A stretch of 64,000 nt of DNA from an uncultured Eubacteriales bacterium (GCA_900547955.1 URIR01000005.1:4412-68411); one strand, 5' to 3'; positions 8,999-18,726 are shown, counted from the first letter of the stretch. Translations and numbers: made by a program. Notes: generated from the letters alone by a model not told the origin.

Positions 8999-10912
8999 AT
9001 GAAACGATTTATAGTCAGTATGCTTGCGGCAGGTATGCTTCTTTGCTCTTGTTCTCCGCAGCAGACCGAGCCTTCGGGTACAAACGCGAATACGGCGGGG
9101 GCTTCGCTCAGCCCCGGAGCGGAGAATGGAACGGAGAACGGTTCGGTGGACCCGTATGATAATCCGGCCGGAATAAATCTTCTGGTGGCCGTGGATGAAT
9201 TTGGCCGCACGGTGCCTGTATCCGGAGCAAATAAGAAAGACAGGGCGGTAGGAATTATGTATTGGCTCTGGCACGGCTCTTATGCCAACAGAGCCGTAGA
9301 TACGACTAAAATAATAGAGGAGAAGGGCCTGGATTACGCTTTATATAATTTAAAGGATTACAATCCCACAGGAATTCCGCAGTATTGGGGCGAGCCGCTA
9401 TACGGCTATTACCGCTCGGACGACGAGTATATAATAAGAAAGCATATGATACTGCTTATGTATGCCGGCGTGGATTTTATTGCTTTTGACGCCTCCAATA
9501 CCATAACTTATCCGAACGAGGTGAGGAAAATCTGCGAGGTGATATGCGAGCTGCGCGGCGAGGGCTTTAATGTGCCCCAGATTACATATTATACTCATAC
9601 CGCTTCTATTCAGACTGTTTTGCAGGCATACGACGAAATATACTCTCATGAGGAATACCGCGAGGCGTGGTATTTAATAGATGGAAAGCCGCTTATGATA
9701 GCCCAGACCGACCCTGAAAAGGATAAGGAGCGCACTACCAGCCAGCACGCGCATCTGAGCGCATATGACCCGGAGCCCTTGCCCGAGGAAATAATGAATT
9801 TCTTTTATTTCCGCACTCCGGCCTGGTGCGGGGTGGACCCTGTTACTGAAGACGGATGGCCGTGGGTGGATTGGAGCTTTCCCAACGCTCTTTACGGTAA
9901 TCTGATGACGCTGTCTCCGGCTTCCCATAATTATTCCATGATGTCGTGGGCGGCCATGCAATATGATTATCCTGAGGAAAAGATACCAAAGGCCGCGTGG
10001 TCGGGCAATAAGGTTTCCTGGGGGCGCGGCTATTCTGTAAATGATATGCGCAACAATACTTCAAGAGCTGCCAAGGGGACGTTTTTTCAGGCTCAGTGGG
10101 ATATAGCTAAGGAAAACGAGCCCGAAATAGTATATTTGGACGGCTGGAACGAATGGTGCTGCGGATACGCCCAGAATGCGGAATATGGCAATGTGGCCGA
10201 AGCGTACGACAGCTTTAATATGGAATTTTCGCGCGATATAGAATTGATGAAGGGGGGGTATAACGATGCGTTTCTTATTCAGACCGCTATGAATGCAAAA
10301 GAATATAAGTGTGAATTGCCCAAGACCTTTATCAAGGATGCGCATAAGACCATTGATATAAACGCCGGTATCGGACAATGGGAGGAGATAAGGGCGCTTT
10401 ACCGATGCACGGGAAGCGCAAATTTTGGACGCGATTCCAAAGGCATAGAACGGAAGCTGCAATATACCGTTCCCGCCGCCGTGAACAGCATACAGGACGT
10501 CAAGGTTGCATGTGATGAAACAAATATTTATTTCATGATTCGCTCTGACGGGGATATTAAAATAGAATCGGCCAACAGCATGAATCTTTTCATAGGCACC
10601 GGCACGCCCGAAAAGAAAGGGTGGGAGGGATATGAATATGTGCTCAATCGTGAAATAAACGGCGGCAAGACGGCAATAGGACGCCTGCATGAGGATTTCT
10701 CGACGGATAACGCGGGCAGCGCCGACATTTCTATTAACGGCGAAATAATGCAGATTTGCATACCCCGCGCGCTTATAGGCATGGATAAGGGAAGCGACAA
10801 TTTGTATTTTAAGGTTGCGGACAGCGTGGAGCACCCCGAAGACATAATGGATTATTATGTGACCGGGCGGTGCATGCCCATGGGCCGTTTCAGCTATCAG
10901 TATCTGGGATAA
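8999..10912 (+). CDS. Secreted lipoprotein, putative TIM-barrel glycoside hydrolase (GH99/GH71-like) with C-terminal beta-sandwich
   Basis: Signal/lipobox MLAAGMLLCSC. Motifs YYRSDDEYIIRKHMILLMYAGVDFIAFDASN and DGWNEWCCGY. The family assignment is tentative. Confidence 0.5.
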   Translation: MKRFIVSMLAAGMLLCSCSPQQTEPSGTNANTAGASLSPGAENGTENGSVDPYDNPAGINLLVAVDEFGRTVPVSGANKKDRAVGIMYWLWHGSYANRAVDTTKIIEEKGLDYALYNLKDYNPTGIPQYWGEPLYGYYRSDDEYIIRKHMILLMYAGVDFIAFDASNTITYPNEVRKICEVICELRGEGFNVPQITYYTHTASIQTVLQAYDEIYSHEEYREAWYLIDGKPLMIAQTDPEKDKERTTSQHAHLSAYDPEPLPEEIMNFFYFRTPAWCGVDPVTEDGWPWVDWSFPNALYGNLMTLSPASHNYSMMSWAAMQYDYPEEKIPKAAWSGNKVSWGRGYSVNDMRNNTSRAAKGTFFQAQWDIAKENEPEIVYLDGWNEWCCGYAQNAEYGNVAEAYDSFNMEFSRDIELMKGGYNDAFLIQTAMNAKEYKCELPKTFIKDAHKTIDINAGIGQWEEIRALYRCTGSANFGRDSKGIERKLQYTVPAAVNSIQDVKVACDETNIYFMIRSDGDIKIESANSMNLFIGTGTPEKKGWEGYEYVLNREINGGKTAIGRLHEDFSTDNAGSADISINGEIMQICIPRALIGMDKGSDNLYFKVADSVEHPEDIMDYYVTGRCMPMGRFSYQYLG

Positions 10913-10936
10913 ATTAAATAATTGAACAGACATTAT

Positions 10937-11006
10937 ACAATCAGAGTGCAATTTGTTCCGCGCAGGACGTTTTTAAGCGGCGCGGCGGCATTCTGATTGT
11001 TTTTTT
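10937..11006 (+). terminator. Rho-independent terminator with nested inner hairpin
   Basis: ACAATCAGAGTGC ... GCATTCTGATTGT (13 bp, one G-T pair) followed by T7. Inner hairpin CCGCGC...GCGCGG. Confidence 0.55.
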
Positions 11007-11137
11007 GTATATTAAATAATATGCGCGCCTTCAGTTTAAAGCTGGGCTTGTGACGGGGAAAATGAAATATTTTGAAATAACTCTTGCAATTTTTCTCTCC
11101 TGCCGTTATTATATTAGTGAATTTGGAGGGACGGCTA

Positions 11138-11998
11138 ATGGCTGATACAACTGATTTAGCTCACCGGCTGGAAAGCAGATATCCCCGGATGAGCAAGGGA
11201 CATAAGCGCATATGCGAATATATAACCCAGAATTTTGACAAGGCGGCCTTTATGACCGCGCATAAATTGGGCGAACGCACTCAGGTGAGCGAATCCACAG
11301 TAGTGCGCTTTGCCGACAGCCTCGGCTATGACGGTTATCCGCAGCTTCAGAAGGCGATGCAGGAGGTAATACGCAATAAGCTTACCACCGTGCAGCTTAT
11401 AGAAATGTCGGGGGATATAGATAAAAGCGAAGTGCTGGCTAAGGTTATGAAGGAGGATATGGATAATATCCGAGCCACCCTTAACGAGACGGCTTTGGAT
11501 AAATTTGATTCGGTAGTGGAAAGCCTGCTGGAGGCGCGCCGCGTTTACGTTATGGGCATGCGTTCCTCCGCGCCTCTTTCGCAGTTTCTGGGCTATTACC
11601 TGGATTTCATGCTGACCAGCGTGCGCACGGTCAGCGCGGGTATCAGCGATATATTCGAGCAGCTTATGCATATAGGGGAGGGGGACGTTTTTATAGGAAT
11701 CAGCTTTCCCCGGTATTCCAACCGCACTATAGAGGGAATGGCTTTCGCCCGGTCCAGAGGCGCTAAATGCATAGCCATTACCGACGGCGCGGCTTCGCCC
11801 CTTTCCAATGAAGCGGATATAATTCTGACGGCCAAGAGCGCCATGACCTCCTTTGTGGATTCCCTGGTGGCGCCGTTTAGCTTGGTAAACGCGCTTATAG
11901 TAGCTATAGGAATAAAGAAAAAGGACGAGATTTCCGGAAGCTTCAGGGAGCTGGAGGCAATCTGGGACGCGCATAACGTTTATGCGGGCGGCAAATGA
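11138..11998 (+). CDS. RpiR/MurR-family transcriptional regulator (HTH_6 + SIS)
   Basis: Motifs KRICEYITQNFDKAAFMTAHKLGERTQVSESTVVRFADSLGYDGYPQLQ. The SIS domain carries GISFPRYS. Start trimmed to the ATG at 11138, after GGAGGG. Confidence 0.85.
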   Translation: MADTTDLAHRLESRYPRMSKGHKRICEYITQNFDKAAFMTAHKLGERTQVSESTVVRFADSLGYDGYPQLQKAMQEVIRNKLTTVQLIEMSGDIDKSEVLAKVMKEDMDNIRATLNETALDKFDSVVESLLEARRVYVMGMRSSAPLSQFLGYYLDFMLTSVRTVSAGISDIFEQLMHIGEGDVFIGISFPRYSNRTIEGMAFARSRGAKCIAITDGAASPLSNEADIILTAKSAMTSFVDSLVAPFSLVNALIVAIGIKKKDEISGSFRELEAIWDAHNVYAGGK

Positions 11999-13209
11999 TG
12001 TACGACGTTATAGTTATAGGAGGCGGGCCGGCCGGCATGCTGGCCGCCGGCACGGCGGCAGGCAGGGGCAAAAGCACTCTGCTGCTTGAGAAAAATGAAA
12101 AGCTGGGCAAAAAGCTTTATATAACGGGCAAAGGGCGCTGCAATCTTACTAATGCTTGCGACTGCGAGGAATTTTTAACGCATGTGCCCCGTAATCCGCG
12201 GTTTTTATACAGCGCGCTTTATGCGTTTCCGCCTGAGGCGCTCTGCGAAATGATAGAAGCGCTGGGCGTGCCCCTTAAGGTGGAGAGAGGCAGGCGCGTA
12301 TTTCCAGTCAGCGATAAGGCCAGCGATATTATCAGGGCGTTGACGCAGTATTTAAGCAAAGAGGGCGCTCAGGTGAGGCTTAACGCGCCCATTGCCAAAA
12401 TAGAACGGGTAAATCAGGGCTTTTTGGTATGCGCGGGGGAGGAGCAATATAACGCGGGCTCTGTTATATTGGCCACGGGCGGCTTGAGCTATCCGGCGAC
12501 GGGCAGTACCGGGGAGGGCATGCGCTTTGCCGTAAACCTCGGGCATACGCTTGTTCCGTGCCGTCCGGCGCTTACTTCCCTTCGCCTTGAGGAAAATAAG
12601 CTTTCGGCTCCGGCGGGGGTTTCGTTAAAAAATGTGGAGCTTTGCGCGCGCGTTAAGGGCAGGGAGCTTTTCAGGGAGCGCGGAGAAATGCTTTTTACCC
12701 ATACCGGCATATCCGGTCCCCTGGTTCTGACTCTCAGCAGTATTTTGGAAAAGCCTGCGCAAAGCGAGGTTTATATAGATTTGAAGCCGGCGCTGAGTAT
12801 GGAGGAGCTGGACGAGCGTATAATAGAAGAATTGAAGGGGGCTTCGGGCAGGCTGCTGCGCAATTCGCTTTCAGGATTGCTTATAAGCGCGCTTAGGGAG
12901 CCTGTTTTAGCGCGGGCGGGAATAAGCGGGGATATTTTGGCAAACCAGCTTAATAAGGAAAAGCGCCGCGCGCTGGCCGGAGCGTTAAAGCGCTTTGAGC
13001 TTAAATGCAGCGGCTGGGGAGGCTTTGACGAAGCTGTAATAACAAGAGGCGGAATAAATATAAAGGAAGTAAACCCGCAGAGCATGCAGTCCAGGTTAGT
13101 TCCCGGCCTTTATTTTGCGGGCGAAATTTTAGATGTGGACGCTTTTACGGGCGGCTATAATTTGCAGATTGCTTTCAGTACCGGCCGTTTGGCTGGTCAA
13201 AGCGTCTGA
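11995..13209 (+). CDS. HI0933/YhiN-family NAD(P)/FAD-dependent flavoprotein
   Basis: YDVIVIGGGPAGMLAA...GKKLYITGKGRCNLTN...GGYNLQIAFSTGRLAG. Confidence 0.85.
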   Translation: MMYDVIVIGGGPAGMLAAGTAAGRGKSTLLLEKNEKLGKKLYITGKGRCNLTNACDCEEFLTHVPRNPRFLYSALYAFPPEALCEMIEALGVPLKVERGRRVFPVSDKASDIIRALTQYLSKEGAQVRLNAPIAKIERVNQGFLVCAGEEQYNAGSVILATGGLSYPATGSTGEGMRFAVNLGHTLVPCRPALTSLRLEENKLSAPAGVSLKNVELCARVKGRELFRERGEMLFTHTGISGPLVLTLSSILEKPAQSEVYIDLKPALSMEELDERIIEELKGASGRLLRNSLSGLLISALREPVLARAGISGDILANQLNKEKRRALAGALKRFELKCSGWGGFDEAVITRGGINIKEVNPQSMQSRLVPGLYFAGEILDVDAFTGGYNLQIAFSTGRLAGQSV

Positions 13210-13220
13210 GGAGGCGGAAT

Positions 13221-13631
13221 ATGCTGATATCAAGCAAGGAAATAGCGAGAGCGGCTATAATAATGAGCATGACGCAGTCCAGGGAGGAGGAGCGCCTTTA
13301 CCGGGAAGAGCTTTTAAAGGCGGATATACTTTCAGCAGCTGTGGACTGCGGCGGGGATTATATAAGCTCGGTGAATAAATTCGTCGAGCGGGCCATAGTA
13401 GCGGCTAAGCGCGAGGGAGTTATAAAAGAAGGGCATATAGAGGAGGGAGGCGTCGCGGGCGCGGCGCACGAGGCGCTTTCTCAGATTATGAATAAGGCCC
13501 TGGGCCTGAGCGTAGGGGGTAAGATTGGCATAGCGCGCAAGGGAGACCATATATGCGTGGCTGCGTATTTTGCCATCGGCCTGCTGCATCTTAACGATAT
13601 AGCCGTGGGGCTGGGGCATAGGGCAATTTAA
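13221..13631 (+). CDS. HutP-family protein
   Basis: 136 aa. GAAHEAL... and the C-terminal ...VAAYFAIGLLHLNDIAVGLGHRAI parallel B. subtilis HutP (HALYHATMEAL..., ...VSLYGTIGAPIKGLEHETFGVGINHI). Confidence 0.6.
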   Translation: MLISSKEIARAAIIMSMTQSREEERLYREELLKADILSAAVDCGGDYISSVNKFVERAIVAAKREGVIKEGHIEEGGVAGAAHEALSQIMNKALGLSVGGKIGIARKGDHICVAAYFAIGLLHLNDIAVGLGHRAI

Positions 13632-13778
13632 GCTTTGGGCGTTTCATAAGCTGCGCGGGACTGTTTTTATGTCCAAGGGCGTTTTAAGCTAAGAGACGCG
13701 CATATAAAATCAATAAGGGATATTTTGTGGCCGCGCGGCGCGTCGCTTTGCCGGCGGGATAAAAACGGAGAGAAAATA

Positions 13779-14441
13779 ATGGGAATATATCAGATAGCCA
13801 TAGACGGCCCCTCGGGCGCGGGAAAGAGCACGGTTGCAAGAATGCTGGCTAAAAGGCTGAAAATAGCTTATTTGGATACGGGCGCCATGTATAGGGCGTG
13901 CGCAGTACATATGCTGGAGAAAAATATAAGCCTTGCGGACGCTCAGCGCGTTTCGGAGGAGCTGCCTAATATAGATATGGGCATTGCTTTTGAAAACGGG
14001 GAGCAGAAAATGCTGCTTTCGGGCAGAGACGTCAGCGGCCTTATACGCGAGCATCATATATCCAAGGCAGCCTCGGATATTTCCAAGCTTGTCTGTGTAA
14101 GGGAAAAAATGGTTTCTCTGCAGAGAAAGCTGGCTTTAGAGCAAAGCTGCGTGCTGGACGGCAGGGATATCTGCCTGCATGTGCTGCCTGGGGCGCGCTA
14201 TAAATTCTTTTTGACTGCCTCGGCTCAGGAGAGGGCAAGGCGAAGATGCGCTGAATTGGAGCAGAGGGGAGAAAAGGTAAATTTTGAAACAGTACTTGCC
14301 GATATTAACGATAGGGATTATAATGATACGCATAGAGCGGCTTCCCCGCTGGTTCAGGCGCCCGACGCGGTTTTAGTGGATTCAACAGGCATGACCCTGG
14401 AGCAGGTGCTGGAATATATCTTAAGCTTTATAGAGGAATAG
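13779..14441 (+). CDS. cmk: Cytidylate kinase
   Basis: IAIDGPSGAGKSTVARMLAKRLKIAYLDTGAMYRA. Start trimmed to the ATG at 13779. Confidence 0.9.
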   Translation: MGIYQIAIDGPSGAGKSTVARMLAKRLKIAYLDTGAMYRACAVHMLEKNISLADAQRVSEELPNIDMGIAFENGEQKMLLSGRDVSGLIREHHISKAASDISKLVCVREKMVSLQRKLALEQSCVLDGRDICLHVLPGARYKFFLTASAQERARRRCAELEQRGEKVNFETVLADINDRDYNDTHRAASPLVQAPDAVLVDSTGMTLEQVLEYILSFIEE

Positions 14442-14444
14442 GCG

Positions 14445-15050
14445 ATGTTTTATAAGATTATTAGAGGAATTTTCCGCTTCCTGATTTTTTTTCTGATGCC
14501 TACTAAGGTTGTGGGCGGGGAAAAATTGGATAGAGAGGGAAGATATATATTAGCCTGCAATCATCAGACGGCTATGGATATTCCGCTGCTTATAGCTAAA
14601 TGTCCGCGGGTGATAAATTTTATGGCTAAAGCGCTTTTTTTTGAGGGACGGCCTGTAATAGGCTATTTATTCCGCAAAATGCACGCTTTTCCCGTGCATC
14701 CGGCCAGCAGCGATTTAAAATCTCTTAAGCATGCTGTAGAGGTGCTGAACAGGGACGAGGTTTTAGGCATATTTCCGCAGGGACGGCGGGTTAAGCAAAG
14801 CCCTGTGATAGACCGCGGGGAAATGTTTTCAGGCATGGCCTTTATAGCGCTTAAGGCCAAGTCGGATATTATACCGGTAATGTTTACGCGGCCCCCCCTG
14901 GTATTCAGGCGCAATATTCTTAAGGTAGGCGAGCCTATAAAATATGAGGATTATAAGGAGCGCCGGCTTAAGCAGGACGTGCTGGAGGAGATTACAGACG
15001 AGCTTTGCGCGCGCATGAACGGCCTGCTGGAGGAGGATAAGGCGCAATGA
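14445..15050 (+). CDS. plsC: 1-acyl-sn-glycerol-3-phosphate acyltransferase
   Basis: HxxxxD motif NHQTAMD and a FPQGRR motif. Conserved position after cmk. Confidence 0.8.
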   Translation: MFYKIIRGIFRFLIFFLMPTKVVGGEKLDREGRYILACNHQTAMDIPLLIAKCPRVINFMAKALFFEGRPVIGYLFRKMHAFPVHPASSDLKSLKHAVEVLNRDEVLGIFPQGRRVKQSPVIDRGEMFSGMAFIALKAKSDIIPVMFTRPPLVFRRNILKVGEPIKYEDYKERRLKQDVLEEITDELCARMNGLLEEDKAQ

Positions 15051-17059
15051 GCGTAATACTGGCTGAAAGCGCCGGCTTTTGCTTTGGAGTGCGCCGGGCC
15101 GTGCAGGAGGCGGAGAAGTGCGCGCAGGAGGGTCTTTCGGTATGCACTCTCGGCCCTATAATACATAATAAATTCGTTACTCAGCGCCTGGAGGGCATGG
15201 GGGTAAGGCAGGCGCAAACGCTCATGGACGCCCGCGCCCATACGGTTATAATACGCTCCCACGGCGTTCCGCCTGAAATAGAGGCCGCGTTAAAAAAGCA
15301 GTGCGTTAAGCTGGCGGACGTTACCTGCCCGTTTGTAAAAAAAATTCAAAATATAGCCGCGCGCGCTTATGAAGAGGGAAAGCAGGTAGTAATAATAGGG
15401 GAAAAGGAGCATCCGGAGGTAATTGGCATAAACGGCTACTGCCATAATTCGGCGGTGGTTATAAACAGCTCTGAAGAGGCTGCGGAGACGGATTTTTCAG
15501 GGCGAGAGCTGTGTCTGGTGGCGCAAACTACGGCAAATAAGAAAAAGTGGCAGGAAATTGTTGAGTTTTTGCGCAAAAGCGGTTATAATATGCAGGTGCA
15601 CAACACTATATGCAGCGCAACCGGGCAAAGGCAGGCCGAAGCGGCCGAGCTGGCGGCGCGGTGCGACGTCATGATAGTGGTAGGCTGCCGCGAAAGCTCC
15701 AATACCCGTAAGCTTTATGAAATATGCAGGCAGCTTTGCAAAAGAACCTATGCGGTGGAAAGCGCTCAGGAGCTTTCCGCGCTGGAAATAGATAGCCCTT
15801 TGAGCATAGGGATAACGGCGGGCGCTTCTACGCCCGACTGGGTAATTAAGGAGGTTGTAAACAAGATGAGCGAGCGAGAGGACATGCTCAAGACGCAGGA
15901 TTCTGATTTTCTGGAGGAGATGGATAAGACGCTGGTTAAAATACGCCCCGGCCAGGTAGTTAAAGGCTATGTGGTGTATGTAAACGATAATGAAGCGGGC
16001 GTCAACGTCGGCTATAAGATGGACGGCTTTATCTCCAGGGAGGAATTGACCGCAGACGGCAATATCAGTCCCAGAGATATTTTAAAGGAAGGAGACGAAA
16101 TCGAGGTTGAGGTGCTTAAGGTGAACGACGGCAACGGCAACGTCATATTGTCCAAGAAGGCCGTGGACGAGCGCCTGGCCAAGGATAAAAAGCTGGCCGA
16201 GATAAATCAGGGCGAGCCCTTTGAGGTAACCGTCAAGGAGGCGGTTAAGGGAGGAGTTTTAGCCAATGTGGACGGCATAACGGTGTTCATTCCCGGCTCC
16301 CAGCTTCGTGAAAGAGGCTATGTAAGAGACCTTTCTCAATATGTGGGAAAGACCTTTAAGGTTAAGGCCCTTGAGGTGGACGTTAAAAAGCGCAGGGTAG
16401 TCGCCAGCCGCGCTCAGGTGCTTAAGCAGGAGCGGGAGGAAAAGGAAGAAAAATTCTGGAGCAATATCCACGAGGGAGATATCGTAAAGGGCATTGTACG
16501 CCGTATTACCGATTTCGGCGCGTTTGTGGATGTAGGAGGCGTTGACGGCCTGCTGCATATAAGCGATATAGCCTGGTACCGTTTGGATAAGGTGACAGAC
16601 GTGCTTAAGGCGGGGGATGAAATTGAGGTTGTTGTTTTAGCCGCCGACCGTGAAAAGGGCACTATCTCCCTTGGCTATAAGCAGCTGCATGCCAAGCCCT
16701 GGGAATTTGCCTTTGAAAAATATCCCGTTGGCTCTGTTGTTAAGGGTAAGGTTGTGCGCCTGGCTGCCTTTGGCGCTTTTGTCAACCTGGAGCCTGGCAT
16801 AGACGGCTTAGTACATATTTCCGAAATTACCGACCATTATATAAAGAAGGTAGAGGAGGCGCTTTCTGTCGGACAGGAAGTGGACGTTATGGTTTTGGAC
16901 GTCAATCCTGAAGCCAAAAAAATCAGTCTCAGCATTAAGGCGCTGGGCGGCCAGAATGGGGCCGGGGAAGCCGACGGGGGCCAGGAAGAGCCTGCCGAGG
17001 CGGGCCAGGAGGCGGCTGAGGCTGAGAGCGAGAATGCTTTTGGGGCTGACGCTGAATAA
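15047..17059 (+). CDS. ispH: Bifunctional 4-hydroxy-3-methylbut-2-enyl diphosphate reductase / ribosomal protein S1-domain fusion
   Basis: N-terminal LytB/IspH (AGFCFGVRRAV..., TICSAT, SSNT) is followed by four S1 repeats (G..V.G.V......GA/GVFV...G.DG..HISE). Confidence 0.9.
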   Translation: MSVILAESAGFCFGVRRAVQEAEKCAQEGLSVCTLGPIIHNKFVTQRLEGMGVRQAQTLMDARAHTVIIRSHGVPPEIEAALKKQCVKLADVTCPFVKKIQNIAARAYEEGKQVVIIGEKEHPEVIGINGYCHNSAVVINSSEEAAETDFSGRELCLVAQTTANKKKWQEIVEFLRKSGYNMQVHNTICSATGQRQAEAAELAARCDVMIVVGCRESSNTRKLYEICRQLCKRTYAVESAQELSALEIDSPLSIGITAGASTPDWVIKEVVNKMSEREDMLKTQDSDFLEEMDKTLVKIRPGQVVKGYVVYVNDNEAGVNVGYKMDGFISREELTADGNISPRDILKEGDEIEVEVLKVNDGNGNVILSKKAVDERLAKDKKLAEINQGEPFEVTVKEAVKGGVLANVDGITVFIPGSQLRERGYVRDLSQYVGKTFKVKALEVDVKKRRVVASRAQVLKQEREEKEEKFWSNIHEGDIVKGIVRRITDFGAFVDVGGVDGLLHISDIAWYRLDKVTDVLKAGDEIEVVVLAADREKGTISLGYKQLHAKPWEFAFEKYPVGSVVKGKVVRLAAFGAFVNLEPGIDGLVHISEITDHYIKKVEEALSVGQEVDVMVLDVNPEAKKISLSIKALGGQNGAGEADGGQEEPAEAGQEAAEAESENAFGADAE

Positions 17060-17292
17060 GTTTATTTTACCGTTGCGAAAGGCGGGTACGGGCGTATGCG
17101 CAGGCCAAGCGTATTTTTAGCGCCGCCCGGAACGGGCGGAAAGCGCAGAGCAGATTACTTTATTTTGACGCGGCTTATTTCTTTGCGCGCCCCCGGAAAA
17201 TTGAGCTTAATGCGGGCCGCGGAGGGCAAGCTTAAAGGTCTGTCCGGCTCAAGCCGCCAATTAAATATGCTGAATTTTGATATTTTATTTTT

Positions 17293-17325
17293 AAAAGAGC
17301 GGAATTATATTTCCGCTCTTTTTAT
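17293..17325 (+). terminator. Rho-independent terminator
   Basis: AAAAGAGCGGAA-ttatat-TTCCGCTCTTTT followed by Ts. Confidence 0.5.
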
Positions 17326-17339
17326 AATTTTACTTCTTA

Positions 17340-17613
17340 TACTCTCAGTTTACAAGGAACTACACGCCTTAAAACGGGATAATTTCTTCATTTTCTGCGT
17401 TATCCTCAATCAGCGTGCTTCCAGTACGCTTTCTTCGTCTGCCTTGAAAATGAAGAAATTCTTTTTCCTTGAGCTCTCCAGAGTCAGAAGGCATAAAATC
17501 TGCGTCATGCAAGACGCTTTGAACGACATGTACCGGGCGTACATGGAATCAAAGCAACGCAGCAGGACGCAGATTTTATGCCTTCTGACCGTCTTCCTTG
17601 TAAACTGAGGGTA
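17340..17613. mobile_element. MITE family A, copy A (270-bp body flanked by TA/TA)
   Basis: Terminal inverted repeats CTCTCAGTTTACAAGGAA ... TTCCTTGTAAACTGAGGG. Two internal long hairpins. Near-identical copies lie at 44337-44612 and 46378-46650. Confidence 0.85.
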
Positions 17614-17806
17614 ACGTTAAATCCGCAGGAGCCGGGGGTTATTGCTCGGGCTTTGTGATAATATAAAATAAAACCGTGAAACAAAAATGTGCATAATGCG
17701 CGTGCTGTCGATATAATACATTGTAAAAAATTAAAGCTGTTAGAGGAATTTGGGGTAAAAGAATGAATAATAAGTAAAATAGATAAAATTTATTTAATAA
17801 AAAATC

Positions 17807-17835
17807 TTGCAGACAAGTGTGCAATATGCTAGAAT
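17807..17835 (+). promoter_or_regulatory. Candidate sigma-A type promoter of spo0A
   Basis: TTGCAG-17 nt-TAGAAT with an extended -10 TG (TGcTAGAAT), about 40 nt upstream of the spo0A start. Confidence 0.45.
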
Positions 17836-17873
17836 ATGCCAAGACAAGCGAAAAAAGAAAAGGAGATAAAACT

Positions 17874-18656
17874 ATGGCTGTCAAGTTAGAAAAAATCAGG
17901 GTATTTATTGCCGACGACAACGCGGAAACAAGAGAAAGCCTGTCAAACGAATTGGAGACCGAAGCAATTACGGTAGCAGGCACGGCTGCAGACGGAATCA
18001 GCGCTTTAAAACAGATTGAATCCCTTAAGCCGGACGTACTGCTTCTGGATATTGTTATGCCGGGGCTGGACGGCTTGGGAGTACTTAAAAAGCTGAGCGA
18101 ATGGGAAAACCGGCCGGAGGTTATTATGCTGACCGCGCTTACTCAGGAGGAGTTCGTGCGCAGGGCGGTTGAATTGGGAGCTAAATACTATATGGCCAAG
18201 CCGTGCGAGCCTGCCGTGGTTAGAGGGAGAATAATGGATATCATCGGGCTGGAGCGCCTTGAACAGAAGGAAATCTCGGGCCTGGATATGCAGATAAGCA
18301 AGATATTCATGACCATAGGCATACCCGCTCATATTAAGGGCTATTATTTTCTGCGCGAAGCTATAAAAATGGTAACTGACAAGCCGGATATGATAAACCG
18401 CATAACCAAGGAATTGTATCCTACTATAGCTCAGAAATACCGTACCAGCGCCAGCAAGGTAGAGCGGGCTATGCGCCATGCTATTGAGGTAGCCTGGTCG
18501 CGCGGAAGACTGGACAATCTGGACGAAATTGTGGGATGCAAGGTATATGACCCGCTTAATAAGCCCACTAACGGAGAGTTTGTAGCGCTTATAGCGGATA
18601 AGCTTAAGCTGGAAAAGGATGAAAGGCTTCGCCAGAGGCTTAATCAGGCGGTTTAA
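17874..18656 (+). CDS. spo0A: Stage 0 sporulation response regulator Spo0A
   Basis: Receiver domain (DDN...LLLDIVMPGLDG) plus the diagnostic Spo0A DNA-binding region GIPAHIKGYYFLREAI...ITKELYPTIAQKYRTSASKVERAMRHAIEVAWSRG. Confidence 0.95.
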   Translation: MAVKLEKIRVFIADDNAETRESLSNELETEAITVAGTAADGISALKQIESLKPDVLLLDIVMPGLDGLGVLKKLSEWENRPEVIMLTALTQEEFVRRAVELGAKYYMAKPCEPAVVRGRIMDIIGLERLEQKEISGLDMQISKIFMTIGIPAHIKGYYFLREAIKMVTDKPDMINRITKELYPTIAQKYRTSASKVERAMRHAIEVAWSRGRLDNLDEIVGCKVYDPLNKPTNGEFVALIADKLKLEKDERLRQRLNQAV

Positions 18657-18726
18657 AAAAGAACAGTTCCTTTCTGCGGCAACGAGGGCAAGCTTCGCCA
18701 GAAGCTCAATCAGGCGGTTTAAAAAG
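18625..18726 (+). repeat. Direct ~36-bp duplication of the spo0A 3' end
   Basis: GGCTTCGCCAGAGGCTTAATCAGGCGGTTTAAAAAAG (18625-18661, includes the stop codon) against AGCTTCGCCAGAAGCTCAATCAGGCGGTTTAAAAAG (18691-18726). Confidence 0.65.

Noticed and set aside
10061-10951. 296-aa ORF on the minus strand
   Set aside because: It lies entirely antisense to the well-supported 637-aa lipoprotein/glycosidase-like CDS. It has no RBS, and its composition is His/Arg/Ile-rich, as expected for an antisense frame.
11156-11974. 272-aa minus-strand ORF
   Set aside because: It is antisense to the RpiR regulator, whose HTH and SIS motifs are unambiguous. It is a frame artefact.
17096-17608. 170-aa ORF, and similar ORFs at 44206..44548 and 46262..46660
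   Set aside because: They run through MITE family-A copies and adjacent spacer. Their reading frames are not conserved between copies, and the inverted copy would encode something different.
17639-17983. 114-aa minus-strand ORF overlapping the spo0A start
   Set aside because: It covers the AT-rich spo0A promoter region and the 5' end of spo0A. Its low-complexity hydrophobic sequence has no translation signals.
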